Under the pieces are notes generated by a model. The model saw only the letters and a list, made by a program, of their open reading frames with translations. It did not search any database and had not been told where the DNA came from. DNA of 51,779 nucleotides, the filler included, from Sphacelaria rigidula (taxonomy: Eukaryota), in assembly GCA_964200075.2 (NCBI GenBank). It is 4 parts of 4 records of this genome, joined end to end, with 100 filler letters (N's around TTAATTAATTAA, not from the genome) between each part and the next. Parts side by side here need not be neighbours in the genome. Positions count along the whole stretch, not along the records: positions 25,946 to 38,812 come from CAXNAA020003346.1; positions 38,913 to 51,779 come from CAXNAA020003347.1; 2 more parts are not named here. The stretch is one strand, 5' to 3'. The number at the start of each line of letters is the position of its first letter. Within the stretch, counting starts at the first letter, position 1. The translations under genes and the position numbers were made by a program. This document shows, piece after piece, positions 36,201-47,145 of this stretch.

Positions 36201-38488
36201 ATGTTTATTGCGCTGTACGGGACTCGAATGGCAAAAGCCTTCGCTGAAAAACCTCTTTGACAGTTTATTCTATATTTCTTGTCGCGACAACTCACGTCAT
36301 TCAATCAAGTCTTCTATTTCCAGTATCGGTTTGCATCAGCACATCAGTAACCGGGACTATGAGCTTACTAACAGCTGTAAACACGGCGTTTTACAAATCG
36401 GGGATGGAAACCCGGAGAAATAAAAATCTTCGTGTCCACACCAAATCTTCGAAGTATGCTTTCATTTCTTCACTTGCTGGTAGCTATTGACAACTACTAC
36501 ACGCTATACAAATTTGAATTTCGATAACCGAAATGTCGGGGTCCTAGGCGAACAACCATTTTGGGGGGATTTTAGGTGTCCAATCGGACCCCGACATTTC
36601 GGTTATTGAAATCCAATTTTTCATGGCGTGTAGTAGTTGTCAACAGCTGCCAGCAAGTGAAGAAAGAAATGGAAGCATACTTCAAGGATTTGGTGTGGAT
36701 ACGGAGATTCTAATTCTCCGGATTTTCATCTTCAATAAAAGATCCATCCCCGATTTGTAAAATCCCGTGTTTGTACACGAGGGATACGGGAGTGACAAAA
36801 GAGGACGTGTTTTCGCGAACACGTATTACCATCGCTACTTCAAACAAATCGAATGCAGTTTTCCAAATCTAAAATATGAACGAAAGAATGAGGATATTGC
36901 TAGACGTATCCTTGGATCCAAATGTTGAAAACCACCGCACCTGACGCTGGCCGCGACTCTTCTGCGTGGCGGCAGAAGCCGCAATGTAGCGCATCCTGCT
37001 CACGATGACCTCCAGCACCGGCCCTCGGTCCTCTCCCAGTAAGTGGATTTCGTCCATGATCTGACCAAAAAAGGAAAGTCCGCAATCGACGTGATTTATG
37101 GTATTGACTTCCGGCTGCATGGGGGTGTCTACCCAGCCATATGATTGCACACAGGGTACCGTACTTGTTCTTGATGCAGCCTCCCCTCTTCCAACGCGCG
37201 GTACTGGAGTCCCAAGCCCCGAGCCCAACTCAACTCGCCAAATCTATCAGCCATGACAGCTATTTCCCGTCACACATGTTTACAACTACACCGCAGGGGT
37301 CCACTGCAACGCGTGACACACGCTACCAAACGAACGAGGGAACCTCTCGGGCATCGCACCACTAGCCCCGTGTCCCTAACGTAGTCCCTCGACTTCCAGC
37401 CTCGCGTTACGCCGTCCCACTTTTCCGGGGTGGTCACGATAATTGTAGCTCTCCTGCGCAAACAAATCGCATGCACGAATAGAGGGTGTCATTGGTTAGT
37501 AATTATGATGCTACGCACACGACCTCAAGTGGATTGTTACCACCGGGACCTTCGGGATGCACAGACGCCAGAGTGGGGTTTGCAAACGAACCGTTCTGTA
37601 TTCGAGCATGCTTCCAAGCCACCGCAGGACATTGTGTGCATCGCACTTTGCATACGAATGTGCTGAGTAACTCCTACCGTGATGAAGGATATATTGGCAA
37701 AACTATCGAGGGGTACATTCCTTCTGAAACGTTCCTGTTCACATGTACTTCACGCAATTTTCCATGTAATGTTTTCCATTTAATCGACCGCATGCCTCAC
37801 TTTAGAGCGTCCGTATCCGGCGTGTGGTCTCCGGTGAGCTCCAGCACGCTCATGCCCATCTTTCTGCCGAACTTTTCACGCCAGTCCTTCAACCTTTCCC
37901 TTGCAAGTGCCTTGAGCGGTGCCACGTACACAGCCTGGCAGCATCCCCAACGAAAGAATCGGCGTTTGTTCTTGAATACCGCTCGTGATGCAACACAACT
38001 TGTTCCGTGCGCGGAAGAGATGGGCAAGTAAGCTACTTTGCAACTCAACTCACCACACCTTCGCACGCATATTTCAGTGATTACCGTGACAATAGTGTAA
38101 AGGTATGTAAGCCTGCGTCCACCAGATTGTGGCGTTCATTTTTCAGCCACAGCCTGTCCACACATTACGACCTTTGACGCAATACTAAGCATGACTTCCA
38201 ATAGCACGCCACCGCATATCTCCACCCTCCAAATTGATTTCTATAGTCACGTTACAACGAACGGCATCGGGCTAACAGCCTGACAGCCTGCCCTGGTCTC
38301 TACCACACGCCTGCACCCTCAAATCTGGGCTCGCCTTTGCCCCTGCGTGTTCGTTGAGCATCCTCATGATGGCTATCTCTGCGACCGCTGTCTTTCCCGA
38401 ACCCGTGGGTGCGCCCAGCAGAACGCTCTCGTCGCTGTGGTATAGGACGTGGAATAGCTGGGTCTGTATAGGGTTGAAGTGCTCGTAC
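27205..38488 (-). CDS. ASCC3: Activating signal cointegrator 1 complex subunit 3 (Ski2-like DExH helicase, ASCC3/Slh1); second helicase cassette and C-terminal Sec63 domain, 19 exons, 5' part outside contig
   Basis: Exons 38335-38488, 37801-37934, 37360-37453, 36941-37060, 35421-35552, 34973-35049, 34374-34526, 33246-33357, 32655-32786, 31749-31927, 31233-31341, 30856-30954, 30537-30683, 29972-30100, 29370-29537, 28750-28948, 28214-28314, 27893-28060, 27205-27369 (TGA). Motifs: [130 protein letters not shown]. The intact DEIH box and KHYCPRM motif favour ASCC3 over Brr2. Confidence 0.93.
32524..32620 (-). mobile_element. Non-LTR retroelement 3' end with (AATC)n tail
   Basis: Reverse complement reads cacggctggaccccggaggggtcagttaaaatgcgacaatcaatcaatc. 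Confidence 0.6.
36378..36774. mobile_element. Foldback MITE in ASCC3 intron
   Basis: aaacacggcgttttacaaatcggggatgga / tccatccccgatttgtaaaatcccgtgttt; the arms are imperfectly complementary over ~170 bp. Confidence 0.75.
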
Positions 38489-38812
38489 CTGCGATAATTG
38501 CCAGGGTAACAACGGAAACAAATCAGGACAAATACAGTCAAACTGTTCAGAAATGGTGCACGGTTAGGACAGATCAACTCGTGAGTCAACTCAAAGTCAT
38601 CATCTCGACGAATACATCATACGGTTCGTACATCATTTGTAATTCACACAGCCAGTCCTTCTTCATGACTCACGACGTGAATGGCTTGTACATGTACGCC
38701 ATGTGTGACAAGTTCAACGTGAGCGCCCGTACATGTTTCCCACCTTCGGATGAATGCGGGACCTACATAAGTCAACAAGGTTAATTAATCTGAAGTCATG
38801 GGGCCTGAACCA

Positions 38813-38912
38813 NNNNNNNNNNNNNNNNNNNNNNNNNNNNNNNNNNNNNNNNNNNNTTAATTAATTAANNNNNNNNNNNNNNNNNNNNNNNNNNNNNNNN
38901 NNNNNNNNNNNN
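38813..38912. other. Artificial contig-joining linker
   Basis: Identical N44-TTAATTAATTAA-N44 block. Confidence 0.97.
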
Positions 38913-38999
38913 AGTCCAAACTCGCTAGTGCGGCAGAGCTAGACTCGACTGACTGATAGTAGGCTTCTTGCCCGGCCCAGCTCGTACCTATATTCTGGA

Positions 39000-41330
39000 A
39001 TGTTGGATGTACGTGTCGATGGTGGTTTCGGCGTTGCCGGGGTGTTCGAAAAGGTACGGAAAGGCAACTGCGTATACTGACTGTGGAATACCGGCTATCC
39101 CGCACCTCACCAGGCTACCTTGTTGCGTATGTATGACGGTGATGTTGGGATGGTTGTCACCCGTATAGGCAAGGACTTATTTGGGTCTCAGGTGGATGTG
39201 CAAAGTACCCGTCCATGGTTCCACGACTGAAAGAGGTTTCCTCGAATTTGTCTGTTGGTGTGTGTGTCACAACGGGGAGTACCCATTGATGTCATGGCAG
39301 GTGAGAATTTGGCTCATGCATTAGGGTGTGTGGATCATATAATGGCGTGTGCGCCTGAATGAGGCAGTCGCGCTGGCGTTTGACGTGAGGCGGGTCTTGG
39401 ATATTACAACATTCCGTGTCTCCACATTGGGGGTTGTAGTGCACCATGTATTTCGTATCATTTATGATCTCACCTTTTCCCTGGTTCATCGCCGCACACG
39501 AGTGTTGACGCGGACCCTGAATTTCTAGAGGCACTACCTTGTGAGATAGGCGGGAATTGTACTACGTCCTGCTACTTATTGTGTCCTTGCGGTATAATTT
39601 GGCCCCTTAGCGCGCCCTGTGATTAGTATACTGTACCCGATGTCAAGGGGGCGTTTTCGCCAGGTGCTGTGGACTCGGCGCGCGCCGCGTATTTCGGTTG
39701 TGCATTCGGGGATATGGTTGTAGCTACCTGTGTCTGGAATTCGGATGGCGCAGCTCGTTCAGTCTCCTCTGTGGCTGCGGCTACCTGTGTTTAGAACTTG
39801 GGTAGCGCAGCTGTTCAAGTCTTCTCTATTGTTCTGTCATACCTTTTCTTTTCCCCCTATTTTCTTCAGAAAGTGTTTCGGTTGTTTTGTCTCGGGTACA
39901 TCTCTGATGTAACCGCCGTTGGATCCTTGGGGGGTCGGTTCATTTGCGGCTATCAAATCAAATCGAATCAAATATTGAGGTGTCGGTTCATTTGCGGCTA
40001 TCGAATAAAATCAAATCAAATCAATTCAATTCTTGGGGGGTCGGTTCATTTGCGGCAATCGAATCAAATCAAATCAACTGGCAGCAGTCCCGGACTTCAC
40101 TGCTTGATGACGGCTGCCTTCGAATATTCGTACATCAGCATCCCCTTCCTTTTTCCGCGCATGCGGTGATAGACATCGGCCGCCGTGCAGCTCAGTCTGA
40201 CAAGATAGCACGGCGGCGACAGGGGCGCATTGCCACTCTGTCTGTGAACGGTAAGGAAGTTTCGGGAGGGTGGCGGCAGGGTTGGTCATCCCTCTTGCAT
40301 GTGCATCTATGTTGATGACGGTATACTGGTGGAATTGTTTTTTCCTCAGAGAGCGAATGATGTTTGGAGCGAGACCCTTATTTTATGGTCATCTTCGTTC
40401 TTTGAGCGAGCCTTGTTTTCTGCAAATAGCAAATTGTCGGCCTCGGACACAATACACTGTTGGAAGTACTAGGTTTGGTGATTGATGCTGACTCCCTCGC
40501 TATTTTTCATTCAGAGGCAAACAGCAACAAATTGCAAAGGCGTGGTTGCAGTGGCCTCGAGAACGCAAGGGTGTATCAGAGAGAGGTATTTCGTCGTTCA
40601 CTGGTTTTCTGCTGCACGTCTCGTTTACTTCACGACCGGGAAAGCCCTTTGCTCATCGCATGCTCGCATCGGCTGGGGTGCGCCGCCCCTTCCCGTCCAG
40701 TGTTGTGACGGGGGATGATTTTCAAAGAGGGCAGCGACGATGTCGCGGGTGGTGGTATTGGGCCCGCATTGACTGGGGTGCGCCGCCCCTCCCCGTCCCG
40801 TGTTGTGTCGGGGGATTGTTTCAAAGAGGGCGGCGTTGATGTCGCGGGTGGTGGCGTTGAGCCCGAATCGGCTGGGGTGCGCCGCCCCTCCCCGTCCTGT
40901 GTTGTGTCGGGGGATTGTTTCAAAGAGGGCGGCGACGATGTCGCGGGTGGTGGTGTTAAGCCCGTGTCGGCTGGGGTGCGCCGCCCCTCCCCGTCCTGTA
41001 TTGTGACAGGTGATCTTTTCAAAGAGGGCGGCGACGAAGTCGCGAGGGATGATATTGGGCCCGAAATTCCATGATGATTCAGACGTGCGGCGTTGGCTGG
41101 CTGACGATGGATTGTCGCTGTATAGAGCAGCATCATCGTAATCCCTGGTGTATATATCCTCGTCCCGAGTAGTGACCGGGGATGCCTAAAAAAAAAAAAA
41201 GGGCACCGACGATGGCGCGGGTGGTGGTATTGACCCCGGAGTGTCATGATGATCTAGACCAGTGGCGTTGGTGGTGGTATTGACCCCGGAGGTTCACGGT
41301 GATCTCGCGTGTGGCGTTGCGTCGTTGACT
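39000..41330 (+). mobile_element. Decayed DIRS-like retroelement (RT/RNase H remnant)
   Basis: Fragmented translations in RT order: RIIYDLTFS, DVKGAF-like, YLCLEFGWRSS, SSPGLHCLMTAAFEYS, CIYVDDGILVEL, EVLGLVIDADSL, WPRERKGVSERGISSFTGFLLHV...RPGKPFAHRML. Many stops and frameshifts. The DIRS assignment is from recalled motif style. Confidence 0.6.
40670..41065. repeat. ~99-bp tandem repeat, 4 units, inside the DIRS-like remnant
   Basis: ggctggggtgcgccgcccctccccgtcc.gtgttgtgtcgggggattgtttcaaagagggcggcgacgatgtcgcgggtggtgg repeats; the ORF track shows a 33-aa periodicity. Confidence 0.85.
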
Positions 41331-41339
41331 ATGGGTTGT

Positions 41340-43700
41340 CACGGCGTGGAACAGCAATAACATCCCTGGTATAACGGTTGGTGTTGCACCTGCCCATGTT
41401 GTCCTTGCCTTCGGATGCGTCGGACGCGGCTGTCAGGGGCTATCGTTTGCCGTCGGGCATGTGGCGGCGGTGTGACTTTACCGCCGAGGAAAAACCCCAC
41501 GTTGAAGGTTCTACTGTGCACTCGGATGATGATGTTCGACCAATGTAATGGAACAATTGGGTACGGGAATGTCGGCGCCGGTAATATTTCTTCTGTGCAG
41601 GAGACGTCCACGGTTACGTGCTGGTTGCGTGCGGTTGTAAGGAGACAACTCGTACGCCGTCATGAATAAGCGCAGAGCGGTAAGGAGCCGCGTTCGGGTG
41701 CTGCGATACGCATGCTTGGTGTGCTGGAAATGGACTTGGGCTTCGTGTTGAGACGAAGCATGTTCCAGGAATTTCAATGATGTGGCTGGAGCAATTTGTG
41801 GTGACCCATGGATGGTGTTCCGCTAACCTTTTATCCCACTGCCCCGGTATTCAATGGCATTGGCAGGACATGAGGACAGAGTGGAGGCATCCGTGTTCAG
41901 GCTTTTGGACTCGGGCTCGTCCAAAATGCCATTGCGCGGTCGTCTGCGAGAACGTACCAGGGATATTCGGTCATTAAGAATACGTTGATGGAATTGAAAC
42001 GTAAGCGCGTTGTGATGAGAAGATAGCAACGAGTGTGGTGGCCGCTTCATTGTCGGTGCTGTTGGATGGGGAACATTTGTCCCTTGCGTGGGGCCCGGGT
42101 GGTCACGTGTTGTAGTTGGGTATCTGTGCCTCCTTTTCCTTTGACGAGATCACACGGGATGTGTACCCATCCTGTTTCGTTCCCATCACCCAGTAAACCT
42201 GTGCGTAGAAGTGATTTGGCACTTTATGGGGGAAAGACGCAGTTGCGTCGACGTGTTTGGAACAACGGGGGAGTTCTGATATGGACTTGGTATGATGCGG
42301 TGACTATGTTGCGGCAAGTGGCGGTGTTGGCTGGGCTGTTGCCTGCAGAGTTGTGCATTGGTGTCACCACACACTTGTCCGCAGCAGAAATGGCCTTAAG
42401 GATGTTGCACAAAAAGGTACGAGTAAATGGTATTTGCGGTTTGGGGTCAGAAGCTTTCGCCGATCGGCGTAGAAGTGGGATCAGTAGCCTGGTCAGGGCA
42501 CGGACTAGAGGGACGAGTAGAGACCTCATTGGGGAAAGGCGGCTCATGACGCCGAGTTACATGATGGGTGCTACATCAAAATAGTGGCAATGAAAGGGAT
42601 AAAGTAACACACGGTAAATGACTGGATAAGTAAAGAGTAGTACAGCCATGTGTCAACGAAGAGGATTGAATGCCAGAATTGGAGCCGAGACTAAGTTGTC
42701 GGTCACATGTGCACGGAAGTGTCTTGCCCCTACGGAATGGATTGCATTGGTGTGGCGAGGGAGAGCGTAGGGGAGACATGTTGTATCCGCGCGTCGACTT
42801 AGGTTCTTGTGGAGGCTGATGCGACTGCGCTCAGCGCAATCTCCAGATGGGAGCCAACGGTCGGACAAGTGAGGAGTCACACTGTTTTTGAACGGGTGAT
42901 TCATGAGGTTTTCCCTACCCACCCCCCACAAGCTGGGTTGGGGGCGGGAGTGCATAATGTGACAAAATTCGAAAGCAACTGCGCAAAAGGCTCGACTCTG
43001 TGTTAGAAAAGAATCGATGTTTTGTGCAGAAGCGAGAAGAACTTTCCCAGATGTTTATAGTGGTTACAGTATCTAGAAGCCATTTCACAACACGTTGACA
43101 TGCAAGATTGCCTGTGTGGTGAACAAAGTGAGTCAGTTCAGTGTGGGAGAAGCAGTAAGGCACAAGGACAAGTGCATCCACGATGAAGTGACAATAATGG
43201 TGTCTGGGTTGAAGTCGAGGTTTATGAGATCCGGGAGACGGGTGTGGTGCGACCATCAGTTGGTGACAGCATCGCGAATCGATGTTGTCTTGAGAACAAA
43301 ATTCGGAAGCAGCTGCACAAGATGATGATTTACAACTGACTTTTTGTTCGGGCAAGATATGGTTATTATTCTGCAAGCGTTGATGATGCAGCCCACCAAA
43401 ACGGTGCACCACTCCTAGGTCAAGTATACTGATGTGACAAATTCGTGCACCGAACTCCAAGTGACGATTTCCCGGTGACGAAAGCTCGCATATGGGAATT
43501 CCAAACGGCTTAAAGATGGCCATCAAGCTGTGAGAGCTTTGTTTTTGCCCTGCTACAAGTGGGGAAAAAACCTTGACGTCTTTTCAAACATAACTGTGAG
43601 CCGAAAAAAGTACAGGTACCACCACCGCTTAGGAACCTCATATTTGGCGTGAGCCTCGAGTCCTTATTTTCTGTGGGGCTACCAACAGCCACTACTGTGA
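41340..43700 (-). mobile_element. Possible decayed Ty3/Gypsy gag-protease region
   Basis: Disrupted coding-like frames with a degenerate protease-like LNTGA and a downstream PTFPYPI segment. A PBS-like TGGTAGCCCC lies at ~43675-43684. There is no intact ORF. Confidence 0.35.
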
Positions 43701-43929
43701 TAGGGTTTGGTGGGGTGGGGTTTTTATTCAGACGACACGATTTATGCTCGTGTTATATTTAGAAGGGAAAAAGATGAAGATCAAGCTCTCAACTGTACAA
43801 GATCTCGAGCGGTGGCGCTACCTGAGGGTGTATTTAAGCCTACTGTTAATACTATTGTTGTTGATGTGGCAGCGAGCTTCCGCCTCTCGTGCAGGACCCC
43901 CAATTGTATGTTTCCTTCGTGGTCCCTAC

Positions 43930-46641
43930 CTGTAGGTGGGTGCACTTCGCGAGGATCGCCTTCAGAGCGCGCTTGCTCTTGGTCCTGAGGTCATCGCTGC
44001 TGTCGTCATGGATCATGCACGCCTGTCGGAGTACAGTAGGACCAAAAGAAGAAAGGAGGATCAAGATCTGCTTTCTCTCTGTGTGTGTATGCTTGTGATT
44101 TGTGACTAACATTATTGATTGATTGAATGATTGATTATTTCACATTAGCTGATGGCAAAAACAACAACAGCAACAGCAGCAGCAGCAACAACAACAACAA
44201 CAACAAGTCATACGGGGTCTTCATTATCATGTATATGGTTGTTGTTAATAGCTGTGCGGTCGTTGTGTGTTCCTATGAACGGGGATAGGGGGGGCGTACT
44301 CATTTGTTGCTTGCCTTAGTCGTTTGACCATTGACCACGCATCCCTTTCGAGACGGAGCACCGTTCCTACTCCTAATAGAGACACCTCCAACATGCTGGC
44401 GCTCATTACTTTCCTTTTAACGGGGATAGGGGGGCAATCCGTAGGATCCACGGTGGTGCTGGATCTACGAGACAACAGTCGTGAGGCATTCAACAGCCGA
44501 TCATCGAAATTGAGGATGGATATTTTCATTGAGAATGAGAACGCCGAGGATTAAAGTCTTCATATCTACGCCAATCTTCGAACTATGGGTCCATTTCTTC
44601 ACCTACTGGTAGCTATTGACAAGTACTACAGGTCATACAAGTTTGGATTTCGATAACCGAAATGTTGAGGTCCTATGATAGCTGAAAAACCAATTTCGAG
44701 GAATTTCAGCGATCCGAATACTCCGCGTTCCCACCCTGAATGAGAAGCTACATCCTCAATTTCGATGATCGGCTGTTATCTGCGTTGATATGTCTCGACC
44801 GTTTACACGCGGGGGGGGGGGAGGGGTGGTTACTATTCCAATTGGCGTGTCGGAGACGTACGTGAGTTTCTGATTTGATGTTTGAGATGAGGCCATGCAC
44901 ATACGTTCCATTCTTCCCTTTGCCCACAGTACCTTATTGTACAACAATACTATACTCTTCTACCCGAACCTGATGGGCTGGCAGCCATGTATGTCCTTTG
45001 ATCGACCTTCACACTCGTGAAAAAAAAGTGATTCCCTGGATCACTGACTATGAAACATTGTGGACTCCACACGCAAGCTGCTTTGGGCCAAGAAAGCGGG
45101 GAACGGTATCTATCGATTGATCTATCCGCCTACCGTGGTTCGTTACCCTTGGCCATCACCCCTGCTGCTGCTGCTGCTGCTGTTTTGTTGTCGTGACTAT
45201 ACACAGCGCATTACGTACCCGCTTGTCCAAAACAGTCACCGAAAAAGAGGGAGATTAGGAAATGTGAAAAAAACGTGTCTCTCGATGTGGTGTCTGTGAA
45301 TGAACGCTGTTCTTTTCTTCTTCTTCACACTTTTGAACCAGTTAAAGTGCAACAATCAATCAATCAATCAGTCACACTTTTGAACCCCTCCCCTTCCTCG
45401 GGGACGAGTCCGTGGCCTCAAGGGATTGATTAACTCGTCTCTTCCCCGGTACGCTGCCTTGCATCTTGGTCTCGCAGATTGGATCATGACTAACACTTCC
45501 GCCTTGCATTTTGGTCTCGCAGATTGGATCATGACCAATACTCCCGCCTCGCATTTTGGTCTTGCGGATTGGATCATGACCAACACTCCCGCCTTGCATT
45601 TTGGTCTCGCGGATTGGATCATGATCAGCACTCCCGCACCGCGTCCACGCTTGTCAAACCAACTCCGCGAACTACTTTTCTTAATTCAATCACGACTTGC
45701 GCTTTCGACAGTGTAAAATCACATAGCTTCCAAGAAACAACACCCAAGGCATCGGGAATCGCACCCACGTTCTCTCCCCCTCATGGTGACAGTCGGACCA
45801 TTTAAATTTACACCATGGGGGTGCAGCGGCAATTGTTATTGTTAATGTTGTTGCCACCTTCACTAGGCTATATATATATACATGTATGCTACTGCAAAAA
45901 AAGACGTCAAGACGAACATCACCTAGTTTTCACGGTATTTTAACTATAAATTGACACACGTATTTTTGTCATCAGCTCATCATGAGTACACACACACGAT
46001 AAATTGTACATGACTACGATACACCTACTGCAGTTGAGCCAATTATGTGAGTAAGCGCTCTCTGCAAAAAGGAAGAAGTCACCCCCGCCGGTTTTACGCC
46101 AAGGAGGCAGCGGAAGTCAAATCCTCGTGCTCGAAAGGCTTTTATTTTATTTTTCGGGTGGTATACAGTATTGCAGTGTTATTCCCATCGAACAATGTGA
46201 TGTACATTTATTGTTTTGGTGGGTTTTGGAGAAAGGGAAGACAATATAGTGACAAAACGAAGACAGGAAACAGTACAGCTATATCGACCACAACCATAAT
46301 AATAACGCACTACAGCTTACTGTAGAATATAAGTGCGTCTGCTGCTCCCCTCCCCTCCCTCACCAGCAAGTGCCTCAGTACGTCGCCCTCTGCCAGTGCT
46401 CGAGCATGGTCTGGCGTGTGTCTCCCGATCTGTCCCAACGACCACGCACACGCTGCCTTGATGTGGTCCTCAGGCTCTGCAACCAACGCCTATCGTCGGG
46501 GGGGAGGGGGGGGGGGGGGGGGAGCAGGGGTAGAAGAGTTGTTGGGGGGAAGGAGAGAAGAGAGGGGCTTTTTTTTTTAATGAAAAAGAAAAGTTTAGGG
46601 NNNNNNNNNNCGCGCCCGGGGGCTGGTGTCCGCGGGTGGGG

Positions 46642-46693
<52 letters not shown>

Positions 46694-47065
46694 AGCATGG
46701 GTAGAAGTGTTGTTACGTGAATGGCGAGAAAAGAGCGGCCTTTTTTCTTCATCAAAAAAGGAAGTTTACGTCTGAGGAGGCACCTCGTACGTGAAATTGT
46801 GAGGTGGGAGTAGCATCCCGAATGAATACAGTACCAGAGGTGCAGTACAGGAGTATATTCGTCACGAGGGCTCCAATTGCTGCTGTCAATTCGGCGTCAC
46901 AGATATCTGTCCCCCCCCCTGCTCCAGGTCTCACTGTAGCCAAAACGCGTGGAATCTGCTACTACTACAACTACTACAACTACAACTACAACTACAACTA
47001 CAACTACAACTACAACTACAACAACTACAACTACTACTACAACTACTACAACTACAACTACTACA

Positions 47066-47145
<80 letters not shown>

